DNA of 64,000 nucleotides from Escherichia coli (GTDB lineage: Bacteria > Pseudomonadota > Gammaproteobacteria > Enterobacterales > Enterobacteriaceae): assembly GCF_003334335.1 (NCBI RefSeq), contig NZ_QOWQ01000002.1. The stretch is one strand, 5' to 3'. The notes under the pieces were generated by a model, which was not told the origin of the DNA, did not search any database, and saw nothing but the letters and a program-made list of their open reading frames with translations. A program made the translations under genes and the position numbers. Shown piece after piece: positions 22,614 to 36,112 of this stretch. How positions within the stretch are numbered: position 1 is the first letter of the stretch; each line of letters starts with the position of its first letter.

Positions 22614-23702
22614 TTACACCATTGGCACTAATGAAAGCGCGTTATCGGCAGACAGGGTAGGGTTGTTTAAGCTGCCGCTGGCGCGCGAAATTGCCGCGCA
22701 GGCTACCGCAAAACGGGCGCTGTCGCGGAAACTGTATCCTTCAAGAAAGCTATATACCAGGCCCGCCATAAAACCATCGTCAGCACCAAAACTGTCTACT
22801 GTCGTATGCGCTGGCGCGGTCAGCAAAAATTGTTCTCCATCCTTTTCGCTGCAATAAACTGACTCATCGGGCAAATAAACAAACAGTTGCTGAACACCTT
22901 GCTGATGCAATGCATTCACTGCGGTATTACGGTCAGCATCGCTGGTGATCGCCTGTCCCCATAAAATTTCCAGCTCCGGTAAAGTGGGTTTCAGGGTGTG
23001 AATATGCGCCAGCCAGTGTTTGATTTTGCCCGCTTTGAATTCTGAAACGGTATCGACAAACACCGGGATTTCATCAGCGAGGGTAAAGACCCATTCCAGC
23101 GCCTCGGCTGTCAGGTTGCAATCAGCCAGTACCACGCCCGCATGACGAAGTAAATCGCGCGACCCGTTCAGTAGTTGCGGTGTCAACTGTTCCAGCAGAT
23201 GGGTATCGTTAATCGCCAGCACGGTTTGATCGTCTCGATTGGCAATTGCCAGATACGTCGATGTGCTTTGACCATGCAAACGAACGCAGCCGGAGACATT
23301 CACGCCGGCACGGCGCGTTTCTTCCAGGAGCATTTCGCCATAAAAGTCATCGCCAATCACTGAAAGCAAATGGACGTCACGGCCTAACAGCGCCAGATTG
23401 TGGGCGATGTTGCGTCCCACGCCGCCCGCTGAGCAATGAATTGTACCGGGATGAGAAGCCGATTGCGGGTAACGGATATCCGCCATCCCGCGAATATCCA
23501 TATTGATTGTCCCCACCACTACGCAGTATTCCTGCTCGGTGAGAATGTAACCTTTGCCTTTAATCCGGCCTTTGCGCATTAAATCCATAATATGCGCCGC
23601 AACGCGCGAACGGCTGATTTGCAGCATGTCCGCAATTTCGTTCTGCTGAATCAGCGGGTTACGCCGTAAAATTGCAAGGATCTCCTTTTCCCGGTTATTC
23701 AT
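22614..23702 (-). CDS. yeiI: HTH-domain sugar/nucleoside kinase YeiI (PfkB family)
   Basis: 362 aa; N-terminal HTH plus PfkB kinase domain. Confidence 0.88.
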   Translation of the reverse strand: MNNREKEILAILRRNPLIQQNEIADMLQISRSRVAAHIMDLMRKGRIKGKGYILTEQEYCVVVGTINMDIRGMADIRYPQSASHPGTIHCSAGGVGRNIAHNLALLGRDVHLLSVIGDDFYGEMLLEETRRAGVNVSGCVRLHGQSTSTYLAIANRDDQTVLAINDTHLLEQLTPQLLNGSRDLLRHAGVVLADCNLTAEALEWVFTLADEIPVFVDTVSEFKAGKIKHWLAHIHTLKPTLPELEILWGQAITSDADRNTAVNALHQQGVQQLFVYLPDESVYCSEKDGEQFLLTAPAHTTVDSFGADDGFMAGLVYSFLEGYSFRDSARFAVACAAISRASGSLNNPTLSADNALSLVPMV

Positions 23703-23704
23703 CT

Positions 23705-24562
23705 TCAGGCTACCGCTTTTTCAGTTTGTTGCGCTTTCAGCCAGGCGATCTCTTCTGCCCAGATATCCGGGTTGATGGTTTCGAGGATCAGCGGAATGCC
23801 GTCGAAACGGTCGTCCTGCATGATCCAGCGGAACGCATCATGACCGATATTGCCTTCACCGAGGCTATGATGGCGGTCAACGCGGCTGCCAAAGGTGCTT
23901 TTCGCATCGTTAAGGTGCATCCCGCGCAGATACTTAAAGCCGACAGTACGGGCAAAATCCGCGAATGTTTTCTCGCATTCGGCTGGAGTACGCAAATCAT
24001 ACCCGGCAGCGAAAGCATGGCAGGTATCAATGCAGACGCCGACGCGGGATTTATCTTCCACGCCGTCGATAATCGCCGCGAGATGTTCGAATTTAAACCC
24101 TAAGTTACTGCCCTGACCGGCGGTGTTTTCTATCACCGCTGTCACACCTTGAGTTTTATCCAGCGCAATGTTGATGGATTCGGCAATACGCGCAAGGCAA
24201 TCCTCTTCTGAAATCTGCATCAGATGGCTGCCAGGGTGGAAGTTGAGCAAAGAAAGCCCCAGCTGTTCGCAACGCTGCATTTCATCTATAAAGGCATCGC
24301 GCGATTTTTCCAGAGCTTCAGTGACCGGATGTCCGAGGTTAATCAGATAACTGTCGTGGGGAAGAATTTGCGCCGATGTGTAGTGATATTTTTCACAGGC
24401 GGCTTTGAATTCATCGATGGTTTGCGTCGTGAGCGGTGCGGCACGCCACTGACGTTGGTTTTTGGTGAACAAGGCAAACGCGGTTGCGTCGATTTCGGCG
24501 GCGCGAATTGCGGCATTTGCCAGACCGCCAGCAGCACTAACGTGCGCTCCAATGTATTTCAT
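23705..24562 (-). CDS. nfo: Endonuclease IV (AP endonuclease) Nfo
   Basis: 285 aa; [14 protein letters not shown]-terminus typical of Nfo. Confidence 0.95.
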
Positions 24563-24635
24563 GCGAGGACTCCTGTTAAACCCGCTGGAGGAAAACGGTA
24601 ATGATAGCGGGTTAACAGGAGCAAGATGTAGTGGT

Positions 24636-25685
24636 TTATGCGATGACGCTTTGAATCACATAGTTAATCGCACCACCACCAACAATCAGCCAGGCAAACA
24701 GTACCAGTGCCATCAGCAGAGGTTTCGCCCCAGCTTTTTTCAGCGCGCTGACGTGAGTGGTCAGACCCAGCGCCGCCATCGCCATTGCCAGCAGGAAGGT
24801 ATCCAGCGTTACCAGCATGTTCACCACGCTCTGCGGTAACAGGTGGAACGAGTTAAAGATGGCAACTACGATGAACAAGATGGCAAACCACGGAATAGTG
24901 ATTTTGCTTTTCTCGCCGCTGTTCGCCCCAGACAGCTGTTTAACACGCGCCGCCAGCAGGATGAGGAACGGAGCCAGCATCATCACGCGCAGCATTTTGG
25001 AAATAACTGCTGCGTTTTCCGCATCCGGGCTGATGGCATGACCTGCCGCCACCACCTGCGCCACTTCGTGCACAGTAGAACCAATGTAGATACCGAAAGT
25101 TTCCGGACTAAACCATTGAGACATCAGCGGATATATCGCCGGGTAGAGGAAAATCGCGACGGTCCCGAAGATAACAACGGTTGCAACAGCCACGGTTACT
25201 TTACTGGCTTCCGCTTTCACTACCGGCTCAGTCGCCAGTACCGCGGCAGCACCACAGATACTGCTACCGGCACCGATCAACCAGCTGGTGTGCTTATCCA
25301 GACCAAACACTTTCTGCCCCAGGAAGCAAGCCAGCAGGAAGGTACTGGACAGCGTCAACACGTCAATGATGATCCCACTGATACCGACATCGGCAATTTG
25401 CGAGAACGTCAGACGGAAGCCATAAAGAATGATACCCAGACGTAATAAATATTGCTTGGCAAACAGCACACCACCGTCACAGCTTTTCCAGATGTGCGGA
25501 TAGATGGTGTTGCCTAAAACCATCCCCAACAAGATTGCGAGGGTGAGGGCACTAAACCCGGCACCCGCAACCGCGGGAATGGAACCACCCCACAGGGCGA
25601 CCCCGGTGATAACTGCACTCAGGGCTAACCCCGGAATAAAATGCCACAGTGTACGATGTTGTTTCTGTAAGGTGATATTCGTCAT
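24636..25685 (-). CDS. yeiH: Inner membrane protein YeiH (UPF0324)
   Basis: 349 aa polytopic membrane protein; divergent from LysR gene yeiE. Confidence 0.9.
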
Positions 25686-25783
25686 AACCCTCTCCTTTAA
25701 CCGGGCATAAGGTTACGACTAACTGGTTTAAAAATAAAATTGATTATATATTTATAATTAATCTTTATAAGTGGTAAGCGACT

Positions 25784-26665
25784 ATGCACATCACCCTCCG
25801 GCAGTTGGAAGTTTTTGCAGAAGTATTGAAAAGTGGATCAACCACCCAGGCGTCGGTGATGCTGGCGTTGTCGCAATCAGCAGTGAGCGCAGCCTTGACC
25901 GACCTGGAAGGGCAGCTTGGCGTGCAACTGTTTGATCGCGTGGGGAAAAGACTGGTTGTTAATGAACACGGGCGGCTGCTCTATCCGCGTGCGTTGGCAT
26001 TGCTTGAACAGGCGGTTGAAATCGAACAACTGTTTCGCGAAGACAACGGCGCGATTCGTATCTATGCCAGTAGTACCATCGGTAACTACATTCTGCCTGC
26101 AGTTATCGCCCGTTATCGCCATGATTATCCGCAGTTGCCGATTGAACTTAGCGTTGGGAATAGCCAGGACGTGATGCAAGCGGTGCTGGATTTCCGCGTT
26201 GATATTGGCTTTATTGAAGGACCGTGCCACAGCACTGAAATCATTTCTGAACCGTGGCTGGAAGACGAGCTGGTGGTTTTCGCCGCGCCGACTTCGCCGT
26301 TGGCCCGTGGTCCGGTCACCTTAGAACAGCTGGCCGCTGCGCCGTGGATCCTGCGTGAACGCGGTTCCGGCACGCGGGAGATTGTCGATTATCTGTTGCT
26401 GTCACATTTACCGAAGTTTGAGATGGCGATGGAATTAGGTAACTCCGAGGCAATCAAACATGCGGTGCGTCATGGGTTGGGAATTAGTTGCCTGTCGCGA
26501 CGTGTGATTGAAGATCAATTGCAGGCAGGCACATTAAGTGAAGTTGCGGTCCCTCTGCCGCGCCTGATGCGTACGTTGTGGCGTATACATCATCGGCAAA
26601 AACACCTTTCCAACGCGCTACGGCGCTTTCTGGACTATTGCGATCCCGCAAATGTGCCGCGTTAA
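25784..26665 (+). CDS. yeiE: LysR-family transcriptional regulator YeiE
   Basis: 293 aa; N-terminal LysR HTH; divergent from yeiH. Confidence 0.9.
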
Positions 26666-26869
26666 GTTGCTGTACAAGAACATGCTGGTGCTGTGTCGAT
26701 TTCGTGACGCAGCGCCTTCAGCATGCATTCGCCAGAAAAGAGATTGGCTGCTTTACTTATAATCCCTGGGCGATCATGAAGGTGTCTTATAACCGTGTAT
26801 TTCTGCCGGAAGGATTGCCAATCGTCTGCTACAATCGCGCCTCATTTTTAAGATGGATAGCATTTTTGT

Positions 26870-28339
26870 ATGGTTTCCGAAACTAAAACCACAGAAGCGC
26901 CGGGCTTACGCCGTGAATTAAAGGCGCGTCACCTGACGATGATTGCCATTGGCGGTTCCATCGGTACAGGTCTTTTTGTTGCCTCTGGCGCAACGATTTC
27001 TCAGGCAGGTCCGGGCGGGGCATTGCTCTCGTATATGCTGATTGGCCTGATGGTTTACTTCCTGATGACCAGTCTCGGTGAACTGGCTGCATATATGCCG
27101 GTTTCCGGTTCGTTTGCCACTTACGGTCAGAACTATGTTGAAGAAGGCTTTGGCTTCGCGCTGGGCTGGAACTACTGGTACAACTGGGCGGTGACTATCG
27201 CCGTTGACCTGGTTGCAGCTCAGCTGGTCATGAGCTGGTGGTTCCCGGATACACCGGGCTGGATCTGGAGTGCGTTGTTCCTCGGCGTTATCTTCCTGCT
27301 GAACTACATCTCAGTTCGTGGCTTTGGTGAAGCGGAATACTGGTTCTCACTGATCAAAGTCACGACAGTTATTGTCTTTATCATCGTTGGCGTGCTGATG
27401 ATTATCGGTATCTTCAAAGGCGCGCAGCCTGCGGGCTGGAGCAACTGGACAATCGGCGAAGCGCCGTTTGCTGGTGGTTTTGCGGCGATGATCGGCGTAG
27501 CTATGATTGTCGGCTTCTCTTTCCAGGGAACCGAGCTGATCGGTATTGCTGCAGGCGAGTCCGAAGATCCGGCGAAAAACATTCCACGCGCGGTACGTCA
27601 GGTGTTCTGGCGAATCCTGTTGTTCTATGTGTTCGCGATCCTGATTATCAGCCTGATTATTCCGTACACCGATCCGAGCCTGCTGCGTAACGATGTTAAA
27701 GACATCAGCGTTAGTCCGTTCACCCTGGTGTTCCAGCACGCGGGTCTGCTCTCTGCGGCGGCGGTGATGAACGCAGTTATTCTGACGGCGGTGCTGTCAG
27801 CGGGTAACTCCGGTATGTATGCGTCTACTCGTATGCTGTACACCCTGGCGTGTGACGGTAAAGCGCCGCGCATTTTCGCTAAACTGTCGCGTGGTGGCGT
27901 GCCGCGTAATGCGCTGTATGCGACGACGGTGATTGCCGGTCTGTGCTTCCTGACCTCCATGTTTGGCAACCAGACGGTATACCTGTGGCTGCTGAACACC
28001 TCCGGGATGACGGGTTTTATCGCCTGGCTGGGGATTGCCATTAGCCACTATCGCTTCCGTCGCGGTTACGTATTGCAGGGACACGACATTAACGATCTGC
28101 CGTACCGTTCAGGTTTCTTCCCACTGGGGCCGATCTTCGCATTCATTCTGTGTCTGATTATCACTTTGGGCCAGAACTACGAAGCGTTCCTGAAAGATAC
28201 TATTGACTGGGGCGGCGTAGCGGCAACGTATATTGGTATCCCGCTGTTCCTGATTATTTGGTTCGGCTACAAGCTGATTAAAGGAACTCACTTCGTACGC
28301 TACAGCGAAATGAAGTTCCCGCAGAACGATAAGAAATAA
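26870..28339 (+). CDS. lysP: Lysine-specific permease LysP (APC family)
   Basis: 489 aa amino-acid permease. Confidence 0.95.
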   Translation: MVSETKTTEAPGLRRELKARHLTMIAIGGSIGTGLFVASGATISQAGPGGALLSYMLIGLMVYFLMTSLGELAAYMPVSGSFATYGQNYVEEGFGFALGWNYWYNWAVTIAVDLVAAQLVMSWWFPDTPGWIWSALFLGVIFLLNYISVRGFGEAEYWFSLIKVTTVIVFIIVGVLMIIGIFKGAQPAGWSNWTIGEAPFAGGFAAMIGVAMIVGFSFQGTELIGIAAGESEDPAKNIPRAVRQVFWRILLFYVFAILIISLIIPYTDPSLLRNDVKDISVSPFTLVFQHAGLLSAAAVMNAVILTAVLSAGNSGMYASTRMLYTLACDGKAPRIFAKLSRGGVPRNALYATTVIAGLCFLTSMFGNQTVYLWLLNTSGMTGFIAWLGIAISHYRFRRGYVLQGHDINDLPYRSGFFPLGPIFAFILCLIITLGQNYEAFLKDTIDWGGVAATYIGIPLFLIIWFGYKLIKGTHFVRYSEMKFPQNDKK

Positions 28340-28360
28340 GTTTCCTCCCTTCCTTGCTAA

Positions 28361-28385
28361 GCCCTCTCAACCGAGAGGGCTTTTT
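28361..28385 (+). terminator. Rho-independent terminator of lysP
   Basis: gccctctcaaccgagagggcttttt. Confidence 0.75.
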
Positions 28386-28433
28386 CAATTCCATTTCCCT
28401 GACAAATCATGCGGATATAAAATTTAACATTTG

Positions 28434-28465
28434 GATTGATAATTGTTATCGTTTGCATTATCGTT
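28434..28465. promoter_or_regulatory. Fur boxes in cirA promoter
   Basis: gattgataattgttatcgtttgcattatcgtt resembles Fur consensus GATAATGATAATCATTATC. Confidence 0.7.
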
Positions 28466-28632
28466 ACGCCGCAATCAAAAAAGGCTGACAAATCAGAGGC
28501 TGTTCCGGCTTTCTGGGATGATCACCTGCATAAAAAATAAGTCCACCGCGATGCTGCCGTACGCAAGGGGACGTGAAGAAGATGTGAGCGATAACCCATT
28601 TTATTTTCGTAGTTACCTCATGGAGATATGGA

Positions 28633-30624
28633 ATGTTTAGGTTGAACCCTTTCGTACGGGTCGGGCTGTGTTTGTCCGCTATTTCTTGTGCATGGCCTGT
28701 GTTAGCGGTCGATGATGATGGCGAAACGATGGTTGTCACTGCATCTTCCGTGGAACAAAATCTTAAAGATGCACCTGCCAGTATCAGCGTCATTACCCAG
28801 GAAGACCTGCAGCGAAAACCGGTACAGAATCTGAAGGATGTCCTCAAAGAAGTGCCTGGCGTACAACTGACGAACGAAGGGGATAACCGTAAGGGCGTTA
28901 GTATTCGTGGTCTGGACAGCAGCTATACCCTGATTCTCGTCGACGGTAAACGCGTGAACTCCCGCAATGCCGTCTTCCGCCACAATGATTTCGATCTGAA
29001 CTGGATCCCGGTCGATTCCATCGAACGTATTGAAGTGGTCCGTGGCCCGATGTCGTCGCTGTACGGTTCCGATGCGCTCGGCGGTGTAGTGAATATCATC
29101 ACCAAAAAAATCGGTCAGAAATGGTCGGGTACCGTTACCGTCGATACCACCATTCAGGAACATCGCGATCGCGGTGACACCTATAACGGTCAGTTCTTTA
29201 CCAGTGGACCATTAATTGATGGTGTGCTGGGAATGAAAGCTTACGGCAGCCTGGCAAAACGTGAAAAGGATGACCCGCAAAACTCAACGACCACCGATAC
29301 CGGAGAAACGCCGCGTATTGAAGGATTCTCCAGCCGCGACGGCAATGTCGAATTTGCCTGGACACCGAATCAAAATCACGATTTTACTGCCGGATACGGT
29401 TTCGACCGTCAGGATCGTGATTCCGACTCGCTGGACAAAAACCGCCTGGAACGCCAGAACTACTCCGTCAGCCATAATGGGCGTTGGGATTACGGCACCA
29501 GCGAACTGAAATACTACGGTGAGAAAGTCGAGAACAAAAACCCTGGCAACAGCAGCCCGATAACTTCCGAAAGCAATACGGTCGACGGCAAATACACGTT
29601 GCCGCTGACGGCGATTAATCAGTTTCTCACGGTTGGCGGTGAATGGCGTCACGACAAACTTAGCGATGCGGTGAACCTGACCGGGGGAACCAGCTCCAAA
29701 ACGTCTGCCAGCCAGTACGCGCTGTTTGTGGAAGATGAATGGCGGATCTTCGAGCCGCTGGCGCTGACGACCGGCGTGCGTATGGACGATCACGAAACCT
29801 ACGGTGAACACTGGAGTCCGCGTGCCTACCTGGTTTATAACGCCACCGACACCGTAACGGTGAAAGGGGGCTGGGCGACGGCATTTAAAGCACCTTCTCT
29901 GTTGCAACTTAGCCCTGACTGGACGAGCAATTCCTGCCGTGGCGCATGTAAGATTGTGGGTAGCCCGGATCTGAAACCAGAAACCAGCGAAAGTTGGGAG
30001 CTGGGGCTTTACTACATGGGTGAAGAAGGCTGGCTGGAAGGGGTTGAATCCAGCGTTACCGTTTTCCGTAACGATGTGAAAGATCGTATCAGCATCAGCC
30101 GTACGTCTGACGTCAACGCTGCACCGGGCTACCAAAACTTTGTTGGTTTTGAGACGGGCGCTAACGGACGGCGCATACCGGTATTTAGCTACTACAACGT
30201 TAACAAAGCTCGTATTCAGGGCGTGGAAACCGAACTGAAAATTCCGTTCAACGATGAATGGAAACTGTCGATCAACTACACCTACAACGATGGTCGTGAT
30301 GTCAGCAACGGCGAAAACAAACCGCTATCCGATCTGCCGTTCCATACTGCTAACGGTACGCTGGACTGGAAACCGCTGGCGCTGGAAGACTGGTCATTCT
30401 ATGTTTCTGGGCACTATACCGGGCAGAAACGCGCCGACAGCGCGACGGCTAAAACACCGGGCGGTTATACCATCTGGAATACCGGCGCGGCCTGGCAGGT
30501 GACTAAAGACGTCAAACTGCGCGCAGGCGTGCTGAACCTTGGCGACAAGGATCTCAGTCGTGACGACTACAGCTATAACGAAGACGGACGTCGTTACTTT
30601 ATGGCAGTGGATTATCGCTTCTGA
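28633..30624 (+). CDS. cirA: TonB-dependent catecholate siderophore/colicin I receptor CirA
   Basis: 663 aa; signal peptide; TonB-dependent receptor with C-terminal aromatic residue. Confidence 0.95.
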
Positions 30625-30655
30625 TGAGAAGATGCCCGGCGAACCGGGCGGACTT

Positions 30656-31525
<870 letters not shown>

Positions 31526-31749
31526 TCATCATACCGTTTATTCAATGTGCTGTGAGTAACTTTCACTTCCGTATTTGCATAACGATGTTTTAACATCTGC
31601 TGATGAAAGGCAGCGGCAATTACAATAATTATCGCTGTGAATACTGGATTATGTGCGCCGCCTCACGCACAATAATCAGGCTGTAAATCAGCTTAATAAC
31701 TTTGCCCCCACGCAGGGCGGAGGCGTCACACCTGCAGGAGAAATCATAA

Positions 31750-32418
31750 ATGCCATCACTCAGTAAAGAAGCGGCCCTGGTTCATGAAGCGTTAGTTGCG
31801 CGAGGACTGGAAACACCGCTGCGCCCGCCCGTGCATGAAATGGATAACGAAACGCGCAAAAGCCTTATTGCTGGTCATATGACCGAAATCATGCAGCTGC
31901 TGAATCTCGACCTGGCTGATGACAGTTTGATGGAAACGCCGCATCGCATCGCTAAAATGTATGTCGATGAAATTTTCTCCGGTCTGGATTACGCCAATTT
32001 CCCGAAAATCACCCTCATTGAAAACAAAATGAAGGTCGATGAAATGGTCACCGTGCGCGATATCACTCTGACCAGCACCTGTGAACACCATTTTGTTACC
32101 ATCGATGGCAAAGCGACGGTGGCCTATATCCCGAAAGATTCGGTGATCGGTCTGTCAAAAATTAACCGCATTGTGCAGTTCTTTGCCCAGCGTCCGCAGG
32201 TGCAGGAACGTCTGACGCAGCAAATTCTTATTGCGCTACAAACGCTGCTGGGCACCAATAACGTGGCTGTCTCGATCGACGCGGTGCATTACTGCGTGAA
32301 GGCGCGTGGCATCCGCGATGCAACCAGTGCCACGACAACGACCTCTCTTGGTGGATTGTTCAAATCCAGTCAGAATACGCGCCACGAGTTTCTGCGCGCT
32401 GTGCGTCATCACAACTGA
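31750..32418 (+). CDS. folE: GTP cyclohydrolase I FolE
   Basis: 222 aa; recognised as FolE. Confidence 0.95.
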
Positions 32419-32434
32419 TTAAAAGGCAGGAACC

Positions 32435-33592
32435 ATGGAGCGCAACGTCACGCTCGATTTTGTTCGCGGCGTCGCCATTCTGGGGATCCTGCTATTAAAC
32501 ATCAGCGCCTTTGGGCTACCAAAGGCGGCTTATCTCAATCCCGCCTGGTACGGTGCTATTACGCCGCGGGATGCATGGACTTGGGCATTTCTTGATCTCA
32601 TCGGCCAGGTGAAATTCCTCACGCTTTTTGCGCTACTGTTTGGTGCGGGCCTGCAAATGTTGCTGCCCCGTGGCAGACGCTGGATCCAGTCGCGGTTAAC
32701 GCTGTTAGTCTTGTTGGGCTTTATTCACGGTTTATTGTTCTGGGACGGCGATATTTTGCTGGCTTACGGGCTGGTGGGCTTAATCTGCTGGCGGCTGGTG
32801 CGCGATGCGCCATCGGTAAAAAGCCTGTTTAATACAGGCGTCATGCTTTATCTGGTGGGGCTTGGCGTTTTGCTGTTATTGGGGCTGATTTCCGACAGCC
32901 AGACCAGCCGCGCCTGGACGCCGGATGCATCGGCTATTTTGTATGAAAAATACTGGAAGCTTCACGGCGGCGTTGAAGCGATCAGTTATCGTGCCGATGG
33001 TGTTGGCAACAGTTTACTGGCACTGGGCGCACAGTATGGCTGGCAACTGGCAGGGATGATGCTCATTGGTGCGGCGCTGATGCGCAGCGGCTGGCTGAAA
33101 GGGCAGTTCAGCTTACGTCACTATCGTCGTACTGGTTTTGTGCTGGTGGCGATTGGGGTGACCATTAACCTTCCTGCCATCGCCCTGCAATGGCAGCTGG
33201 ACTGGGCGTATCGCTGGTGTGCCTTCTTACTTCAAATGCCGCGGGAACTGAGTGCGCCGTTTCAGGCGATTGGCTATGCGTCGCTGTTTTATGGCTTCTG
33301 GCCGCAATTGAGCCGCTTTAAGCTGGTGCTTGCGATCGCCTGCGTCGGACGGATGGCGCTGACCAACTATCTATTGCAAACGCTGATTTGTACCACGCTT
33401 TTTTACCACCTCGGTTTGTTTATGCATTTTGACCGCCTGGAGCTGCTGGCGTTTGTTATTCCGGTATGGCTGGCGAATATCCTCTTCTCTGTTATCTGGC
33501 TGCGTTACTTCCGCCAGGGGCCGGTGGAATGGCTCTGGCGTCAGTTAACTTTGCGTGCTGCCGGACCGGCAATATCTAAAACATCAAGATAA
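32435..33592 (+). CDS. yeiB: Inner membrane protein YeiB (DUF418)
   Basis: 385 aa polytopic membrane protein downstream of folE. Confidence 0.88.
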   Translation: MERNVTLDFVRGVAILGILLLNISAFGLPKAAYLNPAWYGAITPRDAWTWAFLDLIGQVKFLTLFALLFGAGLQMLLPRGRRWIQSRLTLLVLLGFIHGLLFWDGDILLAYGLVGLICWRLVRDAPSVKSLFNTGVMLYLVGLGVLLLLGLISDSQTSRAWTPDASAILYEKYWKLHGGVEAISYRADGVGNSLLALGAQYGWQLAGMMLIGAALMRSGWLKGQFSLRHYRRTGFVLVAIGVTINLPAIALQWQLDWAYRWCAFLLQMPRELSAPFQAIGYASLFYGFWPQLSRFKLVLAIACVGRMALTNYLLQTLICTTLFYHLGLFMHFDRLELLAFVIPVWLANILFSVIWLRYFRQGPVEWLWRQLTLRAAGPAISKTSR

Positions 33593-33622
33593 CGATCTGG
33601 ATCACATTCGTTAACAAAACGG

Positions 33623-33658
33623 CTGTAACCGTTTCCATTGCTGTGACTCGATTCACGA
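33623..33658. promoter_or_regulatory. galS promoter: gal-operator-like site and CRP-like site
   Basis: ctgtaaccgtttccat (operator-like) followed by tgtgactcgattcacg (TGTGA-N6-TCACG). Confidence 0.5.
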
Positions 33659-33733
33659 AGTCCTGTATTCAGTGCTGACAAAATAGCCGCCAGCAAGCAG
33701 TCATTTACTGCAATCTCATAACAGGTAGTGAAT

Positions 33734-34774
33734 ATGATCACCATTCGTGATGTAGCGCGTCAGGCTGGCGTCTCTGTGGCAACGGTTTCCCGGGTGCTCA
33801 ATAACAGCACGCTGGTCAGTGCCGACACGCGTGAAGCAGTAATGAAAGCCGTGAGTGAGCTGGATTATCGGCCAAACGCCAATGCCCAGGCGCTGGCAAC
33901 TCAGGTTAGCGACACCATTGGCGTGGTGGTGATGGACGTTTCTGATGCGTTTTTCGGCGCGCTGGTAAAAGCGGTGGATCTGGTCGCTCAGCAGCATCAG
34001 AAATACGTGCTAATCGGCAATAGCTATCATGAAGCGGAAAAAGAGCGTCACGCCATTGAGGTGTTAATTCGCCAGCGTTGTAATGCGTTGATTGTTCACT
34101 CAAAAGCATTGAGTGACGATGAACTGGCGCAATTTATGGATAACATTCCCGGTATGGTGTTAATCAACCGCGTTGTGCCGGGGTACGCCCATCGTTGCGT
34201 TTGCCTGGATAATCTCAGCGGTGCCCGAATGGCGACGCGCATGTTGCTGAATAACGGTCATCAACGTATTGGTTATCTTTCTTCCAGCCACGGCATTGAA
34301 GATGACGCCATGCGTAAAGCAGGCTGGATGAGTGCGTTGAAAGAGCAGGATATTATTCCGCCGGAAAGCTGGATTGGCGCTGGTACGCCGGACATGCCGG
34401 GCGGTGAGGCGGCGATGGTTGAACTGCTGGGGCGCAATCTACAACTTACCGCTGTATTTGCTTATAACGACAATATGGCCGCTGGCGCACTGACAGCATT
34501 AAAAGATAATGGCATTGCGATTCCGTTACATCTCTCAATCATCGGTTTCGATGATATTCCCATCGCCCGTTACACCGACCCGCAATTAACGACCGTGCGT
34601 TATCCCATTGCTTCAATGGCGAAATTAGCCACCGAACTGGCCTTGCAGGGGGCAGCAGGCAATATTGATCCTCGTGCCAGCCACTGTTTTATGCCGACGT
34701 TAGTGCGTCGCCATTCTGTCGCAACACGCCAGAATGCGGCGGCGATCACTAACTCAACAAATCAGGCGATGTAA
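33734..34774 (+). CDS. galS: Mgl/Gal repressor GalS (LacI family)
   Basis: ORF 33728..34774; likely start at [23 protein letters not shown] (LacI HTH), 346 aa. Confidence 0.93.
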
Positions 34775-34785
34775 CCGCTTTCAAT

Positions 34786-34803
34786 CTGTGAGTGATTTCA
34801 CAG
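34786..34803. promoter_or_regulatory. CRP binding site in mglBAC promoter
   Basis: ctgtgagtgatttcacag: near-perfect TGTGA-N6-TCACA palindrome. Confidence 0.7.
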
Positions 34804-35053
34804 TATCTTAACAATGTGATAGCTATGATTGCACCGTTTTAACGTTGTAACCCGTATGTAACAGTGAATAATCACTTTTGCCGAGGTAACAGCGTCATAA
34901 CAACAATTAAAGCCGTTTTCTGGAGCGTTACCGGGCATGGAAGAACGAATTTTAAAAAGTGAGCTTCGGCGTTCAGTAACACTTCATTAACTCTACTGCC
35001 CCGCCGAGCATTTATCTCAAGCACTACCCTGCATAAGAAAAACCGGAGATACC

Positions 35054-36052
35054 ATGAATAAGAAGGTGTTAACCCTGTCTGCTGTGATGGCCAGCATGTT
35101 ATTCGGTGCCGCTGCACACGCTGCTGATACTCGCATTGGTGTAACAATCTATAAGTACGACGATAACTTTATGTCTGTAGTGCGCAAGGCTATTGAGCAA
35201 GATGCGAAAGCCGCGCCAGATGTTCAGCTGCTGATGAATGATTCTCAGAATGACCAGTCCAAGCAGAACGATCAGATCGACGTATTGCTGGCGAAAGGGG
35301 TGAAGGCACTGGCAATCAACCTGGTTGACCCGGCAGCTGCGGGTACGGTGATTGAGAAAGCGCGTGGGCAAAACGTGCCGGTGGTTTTCTTCAACAAAGA
35401 ACCGTCTCGTAAGGCGCTGGATAGCTACGACAAAGCCTACTACGTTGGCACTGACTCCAAAGAGTCCGGCATTATTCAAGGCGATTTGATTGCTAAACAC
35501 TGGGCGGCGAATCAGGGTTGGGATCTGAACAAAGACGGTCAGATTCAGTTCGTACTGCTGAAAGGTGAACCGGGCCATCCGGATGCAGAAGCACGTACCA
35601 CTTACGTGATTAAAGAATTGAACGATAAAGGCATCAAAACTGAACAGTTACAGTTAGATACCGCAATGTGGGACACCGCTCAGGCGAAAGATAAGATGGA
35701 CGCCTGGCTGTCTGGCCCGAACGCCAACAAAATCGAAGTGGTTATCGCCAACAACGATGCGATGGCAATGGGCGCGGTTGAAGCGCTGAAAGCACACAAC
35801 AAGTCCAGCATTCCGGTGTTTGGCGTCGATGCGCTGCCAGAAGCGCTGGCGCTGGTGAAATCCGGTGCACTGGCGGGCACCGTACTGAACGATGCTAACA
35901 ACCAGGCGAAAGCGACCTTTGATCTGGCGAAAAACCTGGCCGATGGTAAAGGTGCGGCTGATGGCACCAACTGGAAAATCGACAACAAAGTGGTCCGCGT
36001 ACCTTATGTTGGCGTAGATAAAGACAACCTGGCTGAATTCAGCAAGAAATAA
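35054..36052 (+). CDS. mglB: Galactose/glucose periplasmic binding protein MglB
   Basis: 332 aa with signal peptide; recognised sequence. Confidence 0.95.
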   Translation: MNKKVLTLSAVMASMLFGAAAHAADTRIGVTIYKYDDNFMSVVRKAIEQDAKAAPDVQLLMNDSQNDQSKQNDQIDVLLAKGVKALAINLVDPAAAGTVIEKARGQNVPVVFFNKEPSRKALDSYDKAYYVGTDSKESGIIQGDLIAKHWAANQGWDLNKDGQIQFVLLKGEPGHPDAEARTTYVIKELNDKGIKTEQLQLDTAMWDTAQAKDKMDAWLSGPNANKIEVVIANNDAMAMGAVEALKAHNKSSIPVFGVDALPEALALVKSGALAGTVLNDANNQAKATFDLAKNLADGKGAADGTNWKIDNKVVRVPYVGVDKDNLAEFSKK

Positions 36053-36112
36053 GACTGATTGGGCGCAGTCTATTACTGCGCCCTTATTGTATGGCCAACA
36101 AGGTAAAATTAT

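Noticed and set aside
24843-25445. 200-aa plus-strand ORF inside yeiH
   Set aside because: Antisense shadow ORF within the membrane protein gene.
29284-30135. 283-aa minus-strand ORF inside cirA
   Set aside because: Antisense to the TonB-dependent receptor gene; Arg/Pro-rich translation typical of a GC-rich antisense frame.
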